DNA of 59,600 nt, counting the filler, from Streblomastix strix (Eukaryota): assembly GCA_008636045.1 (NCBI GenBank). It is 3 parts of 3 records of this genome, joined end to end, with 100 filler letters (N's around TTAATTAATTAA, not from the genome) between each part and the next. Parts side by side here need not be neighbours in the genome. Positions count along the whole stretch, not along the records: positions 1 to 19,809 come from SNRW01000485.1; 2 more parts are not named here. The stretch is one strand, 5' to 3'. Position 1 is the first letter of the stretch. Each line of letters opens with the position of its first letter. The notes under the pieces are model-generated. The model ran no database searches, was not told the DNA's origin, and saw only the letters and a program-made list of their open reading frames with translations. This document shows, in pieces, positions 1 to 13,600 of this stretch. The translations under genes and the position numbers were made by a program.

Positions 1-245
1 GCTTACAATACCTTTGTCATAAGCGCTTGTATCCTCTCACTGACCGCCTGCCTCGGAGTTAGGTGTCGCTCGATGTTATGTAGCGTCGGCTGCTGCTCAG
101 ACTGAAGAAACTTCCCGATCTCGTCTCCCAGCTCCTGTTGCTCGACTGTGGTCGTGACGGGTGTCCTTGCGGTGAACGTTGGTTGGTCGAAGTTCACTAA
201 CAGCCCCGGCTCTGACGGTTCCGGTTTTATTGAATTCTTTGACAT
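1..245 (-). mobile_element. 5' end of an intronless ORF in a GC-richer tract; probable transposon/retrotransposon end (runs off the window)
   Basis: Bases 1-~390 are visibly GC-richer than the flank. A minus-strand ORF MSKNSIKPEPSEPGLLVNFDQP... starts at 245 and stays open to the edge in code 6. A GTCTCC-CTT-GGAGAC hairpin lies at 369-383, near the composition boundary. No catalytic motif is visible, so the TE call is inference. Confidence 0.4.
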
Positions 246-719
246 TTTTTGGAAATGGCCACCCAACAGATCGGATGCCTGTTCGTGTTCCGATCATATT
301 GGAGCCACAACGGTATCTCAATAAAGAGGTGAGATAAGGAGAGAAGGGAGTAACCAATTATTATTCTCGTCTCCCTTGGAGACAGGGTAACAATTTCTTT
401 AATTTAAATTTTAAAAAAATCATATAAATTAAATCGAAATACAAATTAAACGGCGTATAAATTAACCGATTTCTACTGTATTTGCAACATTGACAATGAT
501 AACAAAATGTAATTGAAATTATTAGAAATATTTCCAAAATTATCTAAATTCGATACATTCAATGTTTCTTTGAATTTAGATCTATATCATAAATTAAACT
601 AAATATAATTATATATATACAAATATAACTAATCGATATTTATTTATTTTTTGTTTAATATTTTCGGATAATTAGAAAAATTGAACATAATCAAATATAC
701 ACTTAATTTTTTAATTATC

Positions 720-3700
720 ATGCAAGGAATACCATCATCATTTATTAACTTTGATAAAATACATGATAGTTTTACGACTAAGACTCCAATTCAATCTCAG
801 CAAGTTTGCACAACTCCGAACTTAACAAATAAGAAGAAGATGTCTTAATCAGAAAATGGGTACAACAAAGTTGTTGCAATTTTGGAAAATAGAACAAGAG
901 AAGTATCCTATTAACAACATTTTTGATTTTCAATCGATAAAATTTTTTTTGCGTTATTTAGATAGGCGTTGCATAATTCAATTCCGATTTCACGAAATTG
1001 GAAATCATTGAGTATTCAGACACGTAAACTTATGCTTATACTATTATGCACCTGTAACTGAGTAATCCTACTGAGGTTTGATTTCCATTTGTGCTTTTTT
1101 TGAAACTTATTTTATTATTTAATATTAGATTTTACTACCTTCAACAGCCGTATAACTCCCTCTTGCAATTTTATTAGGTAAAATGTTCTCTCATGCAACG
1201 CTTATACCAATGGCACGAAAATATTTTAATGATGTTGAAGGTACTCAACTACTCCAACAATATTCTATTGATGAAACATCTGCCATTAGATTATCAGCTT
1301 TGTCTTCGACTCATTATTTATCGCTTGGGTCGGTTGCTGCCTTGATGAAATACGCCGAAATACGATTATAGCATTATTTTTTCCCTAACTCGCTTTCCTT
1401 TTAGATTTGTGCACCGTCTTGCAGGTTACTTATGGATGCAACAACACTCTCTGCTCTTGAAATAGTTGAAAGTAACTTAGTGGAAGATTCCATTGAAATT
1501 AATCACTCTATGTAGCGATAAACTGGTGTAGCAAATACTCATTCAAAAGCATCATCTCTCTTTGCTTTTCTTAAACACACCCATACTTCTATGGGTACAA
1601 AACTTCTTAGATCAACATTAATTTAACCACTTGCAGGTATATTTTAATGATTTTCCGATTGTTTTTAATTATAGTTGATAATATTTTGTAATAAATTATT
1701 TTCTTTAAATTTTAGATATTAATGCAATTAACACTCGATTGGATGCCGTATCTGATCTTCTTTCAAGCTCGTTATGTACAAATTATTAATCATCTTCATC
1801 ATCTCCCGATTAAACTTCTCATTCACTTTCGTCTTAATTAAATAATGCTTCCAAACTTATAAATAACAGTGATAAACAATTTGCAAATTCATCTCTTTTA
1901 CCCGCACTTGTATAACTTCTAACTTGAACACCAGATATTGATCGTATTCTATCATATTATGTATACAAACCTCGATCAGAAAACATTTCTACATTCTAAC
2001 GAGGAATATTAACTATGGTAAAAATTATTGATATTGAAATTATTATTTTGTAATATTTTTATTATTTTATCATAAAAATATAAAACATATTTTAATTGAT
2101 ATTCATTATCTCTTTATTCAGATGAAACTAAAGAATGCGTTTGATCTCCTTCCCCGATTTTAGTTGATTCTTTCTCCTTTTAATGTTGAATCATCACCAC
2201 TTCTACATAGCATTAGATAGAATTTGATATCTCCATTTTTTGATGAATTCAATGATAAAATATCTAGGTTATTTTATTATATAATAATTATTTTACATTT
2301 TTTTATTAAAATATTTATATATTATTTTGAAAATTAGTATCAATCTTAGTTTTTTATTATTTATTAATTTATTATTTAGTCTATTTGCACCGAATACCCT
2401 CTAAACTCATGGAAGGTGGCCATCTATTTATGCTCTTTCTTCCATAATACGTCCTGGAGTCTCTTCTGTGGTTGATGTGTCACGACAAATAAATAAAGAG
2501 ACGATGGAGGACTTACGCGCACTTTTACTCTCATATTAAGCTATGTATGCTCTCACAACTCTTCGACTTCACTTTAGTGCAAGACGAGGTGCATTTCTTT
2601 CTGTAGGAAACGAATAGGCTCGAAATCTTCCAACAGTTTTTGGACAGGTTTGACAATTTTTTTTAAAATAATATAATATAATAATATTTAACAGAATAAT
2701 ATTCTTATTAATTTTTCATTTTTTTTATTATTATAAATTATTAATATTAGCGTTCGAAAATGGGATAGAAAAGAACAACTTGTATAACAGAGGAAGTTGC
2801 AAGTCTTAGTGAACGATGCAAAAAGAGCTTGAATGATATTATTTTCTACAGCTTTCAGTATTATTTTTTTTATTCTCATAATATATCAAAAAAATTTTTG
2901 TTTAATTTACACCCACTCTTATTTTTCATATATAATAATATATTATTAGATTAGTAAAGAAATTAGAGGATGATATTAGAGCACATCTTGGAGTTATCTT
3001 TCGTGTAGCAGAATCACTTGCTATGCTTGATATGTTAGTATCATTCGCAACAACAGCGTCTTCAAACAATAATTATGGTATTTTGTTAAATCCAAATAAA
3101 TTATTAGCATATTTTTTTTTTTACTTTTATATTCATAATTTTTCCAATCGTATAGTCCGACCCGAAATAACAATTGACGGCCCATTAGCAATAAAGAAGG
3201 GTAGGCATCCTTTGCGTGAAATTGTACTTGGAAGAGAATATGTTCCAACTGATGTTTTCATAGATGCTGAACGCAGTGTGTAAATCGTTACAGGAGCTAA
3301 CATGGTTAACGAATTAGAAATTATTAATGAATTTTGATATTTTAATTTTACTCCAATGTGATATTTTTTCTTTAGAGTGGAAAAACATCTTATCTTTCTC
3401 TAGTTGCTTGTATTTCAATTCTTGCGTAAATAGGTTCATTTGTCCCTGCTTCTTTTGCTTCTCTTCGCATTTTTGATAGAATTTATGCACATGTAGGTGA
3501 AAGAGGATGTGATCATACTCGTTGGAGTGGTGGAGCTTCATTAACTAGTCTTAAGTATATTATTCCAATAAAATAATATAATTTTTGATTTATTTTCATC
3601 TATTCACAATTTAATAGTCTTCATGGATCTAGTAATGTTGGTTGCAGTGCATTCACTAAAGAAATGGAAGAAACTTCATTTATTCTTGAAACACTTACAC

Positions 3701-6044
3701 CTCATTCTCTGATTCTAATGGATGAATTGGGTCGTGCAACTTGTGAAACAGAAGGTATTGGAATTGCTTGGGCTGTAGTAGAATCTTTTGCATAATTCAA
3801 GGGGAAAGTATAATTAAGAGAAAATAAAGAAGAGAAAGATACAGATGAATAAAATGAAAAGAAATAAGATATCAAAAGAATAATGAAATAATCATTAGAT
3901 TCTACTCCATCTCCATCAATATTCTCATTATCTCCATCTCTATCAACTCTTTAAAGCTGTATAACTCCATTATCTAATAATGATATTAATTTAAATAATA
4001 AATAATCCACAATATAATAAATTAGCCCAATTATCCTCTTCTCAACTCATTACTAGGAACTTACTTAAATAGAATCCCTTTTTCCAAATGTAGTCAATGT
4101 TCATTTAGTTACAAAATGAAGAAATTAATCTAACATAATTTAGAACAAACTTGATAGAAATAATGAAGAAATTAGAAAGGAAATTTCTAATGAAATTAGA
4201 GATAATGATATTGATAATAATGAAAAAAAGAAAGAAATTGAAGAATTAGACTCTTAAAATAAGATTATTTTCTCATACAAACTTGAATATGGCCCCGCAT
4301 AAGATTTTGATAGTGGAATTGATGTTTGTTTTATTTCATAATTTTAAATAATTCCAATTATATCAACTCATTTATCGTATTCAAACCATATTTATTAATA
4401 ATCTTATTAGATTGCTTCAATTGCTGGATTTCCACCATCAATAATTTAAAATGCTAGAGAAATAAAGAAGGATATGTTGGAAAAGAGTGCTTAAGTTTGC
4501 AATTTAATGTCTTAATTATTATTTTATTATATGCATTTTTAATATTATATTTTTCTTATATTTTATATTATTACAAATAGATGAAGTAATAATATATTAC
4601 AAAATAAAAAGAACTTGGCACGAAACTTCTTTTACTTAATTAATATGCAGCATATCCCGAAAAGGTAAAAGAATATTTAGAATTACTAAAGAAATAATAC
4701 TTAGTACCTCAAAATAATGAAATAATTGAATAAAATCATCAAATTTAATTTGATAGGAATGATGTTAATTAAAGATTAAGTATCTTAAAACCATAGAATA
4801 TTTAATAGAAGTAGGACAAAATATCAAACATAGATATTTTCATTAACGAAAACAAATAATAAGAAAAAAGTAAAAGAAAATTTTAATCAAATCAATTAAA
4901 TCCTAATTTTATAAATTCACAATCTTCAATATCTCTTCCATAATCATCTAGTTCATTTGCACTTCTTCCTGTTCCTATTATTAATAATTAGTAATCGCCA
5001 TCCTATGAAATATCAAAAATATTATCTCCTTTATCATCATCCAGTTCTAATTATTCAATTTCATCTTTTATTCTTCCAACTTCACCAGAATCACTATTTC
5101 ATCCTTATACACAATCTCACTCAACTCTTCTTTCTCCATCTTCAATTATTATTCAATAATAGTAATAATCTATTTAATAATAATAATAATCTATTTAATA
5201 ATAATAATAATAATTATCTATTTAATAGTAATAGTAATAAACGAATTCTTCAATATCATTAATATAAACTCCTCAAAAATAATAAATTACTAAATAATAA
5301 TAATAATATCTTTATTAATCCATTCAGAAATAATCTCCAAATTCAAAGTTTAATTCTGTCTAATTCAATGTTTCTACACTTCATGAATAACATATTAATT
5401 CTAAATAAAAATTAACAACGCCAATAAAAACCATTTCACCTCAAGATTAAGATGATTATAAACGGTTTGATTAACCAATTTTAACGTATTAATCACCATC
5501 AAAATCCATTCAGATACCCTAAAATCAAAATACATAAAATTAATCTTTTAAAGAAATAAATATAAAGAAAATAATCACTCCATTTTTATAAAAAGGAAGT
5601 TTATTGAACAAAACTACATAGCATGAGTAGAGAATTGATATATAAAATACATAAACTCCTTTATTTAATTTGATTGCTAATAATAGAAAAGAATAAAAAA
5701 AAGCAACAGCTAACTTTGCTCTTAATAAGGATGCAACTGAAGGAGGAAAATGTGCACTATCACCTTCATTAATTTCTCCAAATTTTGTTGCATAAGCTCC
5801 AGTGCTAAGTTAGAAGCAAAGAATAATTAAAGAAACTGGGTAGATATACAGTGAAGATGGACTACTGTTTTCATCTGAAGGTGATGCAATCTTAACAGTC
5901 ACACCATGTAAGTCAAATCTAAATAAATTTGCACGATTTAAAATTCGCGATTTAGAACTTGAAGATGATAAGCATGAATAAAATAACATAAACACACCTT
6001 CTACTTCTGAATCAATCATTAAGAACTTAATGAGAGAAGAATGA
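720..6044 (+). CDS. MSH4: MutS homolog 4 (meiotic crossover protein); ~12 GT-AG introns; two in-frame TGA; long S/Q/N-rich C-terminal extension
   Basis: Spliced code-6 translation gives IGVA..SDTQTYAYT, ARKYFNDVEG, GTKLLRSTLIQP, IKKGRHP, Walker A TGANM/SGKTSY, LAQIGSFVPA, SAFTKEMEE, LMDELGRAT..EGIGIAWAVVE and STHYQEL. ATG at 720, terminal TGA at 6042-6044, internal TGA at 1925 and 4117. Confidence 0.9.
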
Positions 6045-6551
6045 AATTGATACCACGTAATTTTTAGATAATGTTCATATTAATAAAATAATATTAATGA
6101 ATTAACTAATTTTAAATGTATAGCTATTGAAAAACATATTCCTGTTTATTGAAAAAAAATTATTGTCTTACCGCGAACTTTGTTTGCTAATTGTAATATC
6201 ACATTTTAAGAATAAATATGCATTCTTTTGAATATAAGAGGTATTTTTTCTTGCTAAACTCACTGCGAATCAAACACTTACAAAATCTAAAATTCATTTT
6301 CCAGCGCCCAAAAATCATTATTTTTTCTAATTAAATTCTCATTTGTCCTTTGTATTTATATTGCAATCATTCAAACTTACAAATGAATATTTAGACAAAA
6401 CTCGACAAGAAAAACTCACTTTTAAATATTTTCATCAAAATGCCAGTTTTTTGCATAATTCGATTGCCTTTATTTTATTTTTTATTAGCAGTTGCAAATT
6501 TCATATATTATTTAATATTTTTAAAATCAGGTTACATATTTATTATTATAG

Positions 6552-9500
6552 ATGAGCTAAACAAACATTGGGATATAAAATCTCGCATAGCTCAACGAAA
6601 TTATTGGCCAACGTGATGATATTAACCCTAAATAACAACTTAAAGCGTTTGCCTATTTGATGATATGTATATATTTAAAATTATTATTTTAGAACTCGTA
6701 TTTTGAAGAATACAAACGTGTAAGGTTCTTTCAAATTAAACAAACAAAATGAAAAATAATTCAATTTTACATTTCATCCATTTGAAAATGATGAAATTGA
6801 GCTGTCCAATGTAGGTATTGAAGATTCACTCCAGTCTGCACACAATCTAATTGCACTTTCAGCAGTAGAAGATGTTAATAATTCTGTTTGTTATGAATAT
6901 AGTTTTATTGTTGTTTATTAGATTTTGTTGTAACTTCTCTCTTATAAATAGATTATTTGATCATATATGGACTAAAATAACATAATTCAGAGCTCAAATT
7001 GGAGTATAATTAAAGATTAAATTTTCAATAGTATTGGGAAATAAGAGACGGAATAAATTTCACCAGAGTGGCCTATTTAAGATAATAAAGAAGAAACAGA
7101 ATATAGGATTAGGAAGGACAGTGTTGGTATATCAGATGATCATGGTGCATATAATCTTTGCATGAGTTTCTTTAAAGCTACAAAATAATACTGTCAATAA
7201 AGATTAGAGAAACAGGATTAGTTTTATAATAATAGAAACTTATTGAGAACAAAATAAGAAAATCTTCTCTCTGGAATTATTAAGAATAGTATATTGGAAT
7301 CTTCGCCAGATATAATTTAAAAAGAAATTAAACCTGATTTTCAAGATTTATTGGTTTATACCAGATAAATAACAGAAATTTTTTCTCAATCTTTTTTTTT
7401 AACTTTTTTTTATATTAGAGAACAGAAGACATGGTAAACACATTTTATTTATTGAATATGATGATTGGAATTGGGAAATAATATGTTAATTAGTATGCGT
7501 AATATAAAATTACTTGTTTATTATGTGTTATTTCTTTATCATTTCTAAAATTAAAGATCAATTGATGATTCTGGATCTTTTAAAAGACCATTTGATAATA
7601 CTGGATCAATAAAAAGATTAATTGATACTTCTGGATCTATAAATAAATTGCGATTTGATAATTATGAAGCCATTAAAAGACCAATTGGTAATACTGGATT
7701 AATTGTAGTTAAAGATGAATTAAAGCTTCCCTTCACAATATCTCCTCTTTCTCTTGCTGATGTATTAAACGCATATTAAGACCCATAATCTTCTTCTTCT
7801 TCTTAGACCAATATTTCATCATAAATTGATAATTAATCTGAATATATTCTAAGAACTTCTTTGCGTTTGTAACGTGGATTGATTGAAGGAGCCAAATAAT
7901 TCTATGAGGGATTGTTTGAGGATTAAGCTCGAAAAAAGATATTGGAAGATGAACATTCAAAAAGAATAGCATAAATTGGTTCAATGGATATTACATATGA
8001 ACAACCTCTATCTATTTCTGAATAGACAGATTAATTGTAAACAAATTTCAATAGAAAGAATTCATTTATTCGTGTTGCAATTGGATTATGTTTTTTAAAG
8101 CATAGTAATTGCTAATCGATTTTATCTTAAAGATCAGAACAAGAATCTGCCATTCTTGATTTAACTTTAACTTAAAAACATTTGGCAGGAATCACATAAC
8201 CTCAAACTCGTCAATAACAGACAAATAACTGGCCAATTGAGTTTGAGTCATTTACAAATGATGGATATCCACTGTGGCCGATAATATACTTTTGTATACG
8301 ATGTGGGAAGCTCCAAGATGCTTTAGCAATCCTAAAATACAATTCAATAGAAGAAGCTGAAGAATAATTACCTCTTTTATAAAAGGAAATTTAAGAGCTA
8401 AAAACAATTAGATAATCTGAGATAATTAAGGATCCAAGGCAAGATTCACAAAATAAAACTTCTTTATTGACAATTAATAAATCACCTCATTCAGATTAGC
8501 ATGCTTAGTTATGCATGAATATCATTAAGAATAAAATTATTAATAAAAATGATAATTATTTTTATAAGGAATTAGATCGAATGTTGAGTAATGATTCTAG
8601 GGATAATGAAATAGAAATTATGGAAGATAATGGAAAGATTAAAATCAATGAAGATAAAGAGAAAAAGAAATAAAATGGAAATTCAACAGAAGACAAGAAT
8701 AAAATAACTAATTTTATATCAGATTCAAATGATATTTATAAAATTGCTGTATTCTAAATATTAGGAAGAAAAATTGAAAAATTGATAAATAAATAACAGG
8801 ATCCATTCTATACATATTAAGATAATATATGGGCTTGCCTATTTTGTATAGATTCTGAAGAGGATATATTTAATGATATTAAGGAATAGAATAATTAGTA
8901 ATCGATTCATCTATCCTATCTCGTGAATATGTTCAGAACTCGTGGTAACGATTATTTTAATCTGGAAAGAAATAATCCTTGGCCTTATATTTAGATGCTC
9001 CTTGCAACATAACAATTTGAATTAGCTGTAATAACATTGATTGAAAATTCTCAAAAATCTTTCTTTTATCATTCTTTTGACTCATCTTAGCCCAATTTAC
9101 AAGATTTGTGCGGTGGGGTACATCTTATGATTGGTCTTAGTCAATATGGACTCTTAAATGAAGAACACACAAATTAACTTTCAAATTCTCATCAATAAAT
9201 TCTCAAATAAGAGTCAGAAGATCGGCAATAAACTACTTAAATAGATTAAATCGAAAATCTGAATATTAACTCTTAGAAATTAAAATCAGATTAATCAGTT
9301 TTTGATGATGAAGAATAGGAAGACAACAACGATTATTTTGATTCTTAAGATGATTTTGATTAAATGAGTTATAATGAGAATAGAAATGAACCTGAATAAG
9401 ACTTTTATTCCTTAAGATTCGCAGATCTTATTTCAAAGCACTTTGGTAATAATAATTCTCAGATATGTTATCAATTTAATCATAAGAACCCAAAACAACA

Positions 9501-10542
9501 ATCCATTATTTTCCTGAAACCATCAAACATCCTTTCATATTATGTCTCTAATGTATTTACCTTTAATAAACCCGAGAAGCAGGATCAATAAGAAGCTGCA
9601 ATTACTTATTGCACTCTTAGCTCTCCAAATCCAGGATATATTGATGAAGATCCTGCACTGATAAACATTGCCAAAATTATTTCTTCATCAAATAATAATA
9701 GCTTTTTTGAATAGCCCTAATTTCTTTCTTCTATATTAACTCCTGAAGCTGTTAGTAAAGTTAGATAGTTTTGTGCTAATGAATTCTCTAAAGAAAAAAA
9801 TCAAGCTAAAGAAATTAATATATTACTATAAAATCCTGATCCTAATGATTCAGTTGCATTTGATCGTTGCAATTAATTCTTCGAGACATATCTTTTATTT
9901 TAACCACAGTATGAACCTTAAAGAAGTGATGTTATCTAAATGCTTTAAAAATATGTAGATGATTTCATCTTGAAACAAAAACATACAGATTATAGGATCA
10001 GTTTATAACACAATCCAATATAATATAAAATGAAATTGCTAGTGGATATTGGAAATGCCTCTTCCAGTGCTGCTGAAGCTGTGAGAATGAGCCAAGAGCT
10101 TAGAAGTGGTGCAGATATTAACAATGATGTGTACAATAACTGGTTATCAGTGATTTAAAAAATGGATGAAATTGATATCATTTCATTATTAAAAGAAATT
10201 AAATCAAGTAAATCACCTTAATATCCTCCTGAATGTATCACAAAAAATATATCAGGCATTGTTAAGATATATGTCGAAGCGTTAAATTTTCTATTCAGGG
10301 CTATAAGTATTAGGAAGTACAAGATGAATGATGAATAAGGTATAATTCAACCAATTAATGGTAGCATTTAGCAGATGGATCTGCAATTAGACGAAATTCG
10401 TAATAGGCTGAAAGATCTTCTTCTTCGCTTCAAAGAAACAAAAGGTAAGAACGTTGAAAATTATGAATAGGTACTATAGCAATTGATTTATATTTAAACA
10501 TCCACACAACCTAACTAAGTTTAGAAACGTTAATAAAAATGA
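6552..10542 (+). CDS. NUP93: Nucleoporin Nup93/Nic96; 4 introns
   Basis: Nic96-family motifs GYPLWPIIYFCIRCG, DIYKIAVFQILGR, YQDNIW, YIQMLLATQQFELAV and VHLMIGLSQYGLL. Terminal TGA at 10540-10542. In-frame TGA at 6958-6960 if the acceptor at 6951 is used. Confidence 0.85.
7558..7700 (+). repeat. Degenerate ~30-bp (10-aa) coding tandem repeat in Nup93
   Basis: Translation IDDSGSFKRP-FDNTGSIKRL-IDTSGSINKLR-FDNYEAIKRP-IGNTG. Confidence 0.7.
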
Positions 10543-10616
10543 GTAATTTATTTATACAATTTAATATAATGGCTCCAAAACGGACGTTATTACGATTATG
10601 TTAACATGTGTTTCTT

Positions 10617-13600
10617 TCAACCATATATTTCCCCTTCTGATGTCTCGTTATCAACTCTTTTCCTTTATTCGTCAATAAAATATTACCTTGTCCTCCGTCG
10701 GATGTTGATCTTCATCAATTGCAATCCACATGCCCCACATGATGATAATTACTAAACTTGTTTTATTTTCTTCCAAATTTCTGAATTTGAGAAAATAGAT
10801 TTCTCAGCAATCTGGCACATATCTTCTAATTCGCTTTCTTCACTTTAATTTTCTTTCAGAACATGATTATTAAATATATTACTAGCACACGAAATAGCCA
10901 TATGGATAATCTCTTTCTACAATCTCACCATGTTCTTTTCACGATTTTCATATTCAGATCTTTTCTTTTCTTGGAATTCTTTTCGTCTCATATCTGAAGC
11001 TGTGGCTGCCATTGTGACATCATTACTCTAATACCCAAGTTCATTAATATATTTTTAAATTTCAAGCAAAATAGTGTCCAAAGTTAATACAGGAACAGGA
11101 TATAATTCCTTGTTTTCAGAAATGGATGGCAAAGTAAATATATCAGTGTTACCAGAGTTTGAATTATCTGAAAGTGGCGATAGTCTCAGCAAGTACACTG
11201 CACCTTGAGTATTTGTCTCGCAATAACTATCCGAACTGAAGACGAGCGAGATTCGACCAGAGTGAAATGCAGGGAGGAATCCGTGTGTAGGAGCTTCATG
11301 AGCCCTAAAATTATGACGAATAATAAATAATATGATGATATTAATATGATAAGTAATAAAATCACTCATAATCTTCTAATATTAATATATTAAAGTAAAT
11401 TTTCAAACCTAATACACATTTCTAATGAATTGGCTCTAATAAATCTTTCTGTTGTTTCTGCATTGAATGGCGGTCGCCCTGCGTGGATGTCTTCTAATAT
11501 CCCTGGATCTCCCCAGAGTGAATAGAAAAGTATTTCAAGCTTCCGTCTCCAATCATGATACATAACTTGTTAACCAGAAATATTATCATAATCCTGTGGT
11601 TCAAGATGAGGTCCTTCATCCTCTAATGATGTAACAGGCATCATGGGCACAATTCCTCCATGCATCAGTTAGATACGGCGTGTATGTATTAGTGGAAGGG
11701 ATGGAATAAACTTTTTTGATTCTTCTTCATTCAATGCAAGATTATTAAAATTCTATGGTAATGAGTTTTTGAAATTAATAAAAGGATTAGAGAAAGGTAT
11801 ATTCTATTCTTTTTCTATCTTATTGACATTAGGAAAAATTATTGATTATGTTTTCCCATCAAATTAAGATGTGAGATTTTGAATATTTGAAAATTTGGAT
11901 AAATTTTGCTGATGAGGAGGCGGCATATTATTATTTGAATCATCTTCATCCAATTCTCCTTCTTCTTTTTCTTTTTCTAAAGATTAGCTTTATTTCCCTT
12001 CTATATTTTTCTCATCATTAATCTGTATATTTTATTCATCGTTGATTTTTTTATCGTTATCATTTCCATCAGCACTTTATTCTTGTTCTTTATCAATTAC
12101 CATTGCACTTGATTATTAATTAATACGCATTCTTTTTCTAGGGTTATCTTTCTGCATATTACAGTCTTTCTCAGTTTCACTTAATTTATAGCTTTATAAA
12201 TTACTCGATTCTATTTCAGCTTCATCTTATTCTGAATAAACATCTAATTCTTTTGTTATTTCATCATCATTTTCATCAGAATCATTATCATTCTCTCTAT
12301 GATTATTTTTGTTTAAACGTTTTTCTATTATCTTTTATAGAGTGATAAGTCTTTCTTTAGTATGGGGTCCTCTTTTTCTTTTCTTCGCTTGCTAATGAAT
12401 CTACATATATGATTGCGAATCTTTTTCGCTACTGTTACTTTCAGCTTCATTGGATGATAAACTGTATTATTAAAGTTTTTATTCAATCTTCTTTTATTAT
12501 TTAAGCCAATACTCTCTTGTTTTCTTCTCGTGTTTTTCATTTGATTTTTCAGTTACATCAGAATCATGCGTATTAAATAAATGAAATTATAAATTGTTTA
12601 TACTTTTATTGATTTGTGGATATTGCTATGATTTCATAATAATTGTGTGCTAATTGTGATTGTGAGTGTAATTGTGGTAGAGTAATGTAACAGTACATGA
12701 AATTGGCATGCTTATGAAAGTATTTATTATGGTAAGCACAATTGGATGAAAACCCCATTAGTTATAATTCTACTTAGAATAATCAGCATATAAACGATAA
12801 TATTCTTAAGATTGTGGTTCATACATGATGTGGGTACGCAAATTGAAACGCCAACAGTGAGATTACGAATAACAACTGTCATGGTTGCCGCGAACGAGGA
12901 CGACCCTATTGGGAAATGCAAGTTTGTAAGCAAGGATTAAAACAACACATTCAATTCCGTATAATCCTCTGTCAATATAATCTCCTAAAAATGCAACTTT
13001 GCCTCTCGAACCATCATTCCGAAGAAGAACATCATCAGCAATTTCAAGAATTTTGAGTAGCGACTTAAAATTACCATGAATATCCCCAACAATTAATAAT
13101 CCTTACTTATTATGAATATTAGATGAAATATTGCTATCATCAATAATATCTATATCATCAATATCTTCATCACCTATATCATCATTATTATTTGATTAAT
13201 TCATTTGTTCAGAGATATTTTCTGACAATATTTATTACATTTATTGTGAATCATCAAAATTATTTATGTTTCTGTTTCTTTTTCGTTTTGGTTTTGCACC
13301 GAAGTGAATATCAATATCAATATGTTGTGCTCTCTTTTCTACAATTTCATAGTAATTGAAGGCATATTAAACAAATCGGGTTAAATCTTCCTTTTCAAAC
13401 AATGGTTCAATATCCATTGGTTGGCAGTCAATCGCCCTTCTCATCTCATTCTTCAGATGAATAACTTCTTCAAAATTCACAATCCCTGCAATATTATCAA
13501 GTTCATCAACATTTTCCTTCCCATGTTATCGGTCTTAATTCAATTATTCTCTGCTTTAAATAATCTGTTATTATCTCAATTCAACATCAGGTAGGCTAGA

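Noticed and set aside
903..961. MSH4 intron 1 donor GTATCCTA resembling a U12 donor
   Set aside because: Imperfect match to GTATCCTT and no CCTTAAC-type branch point near the acceptor.
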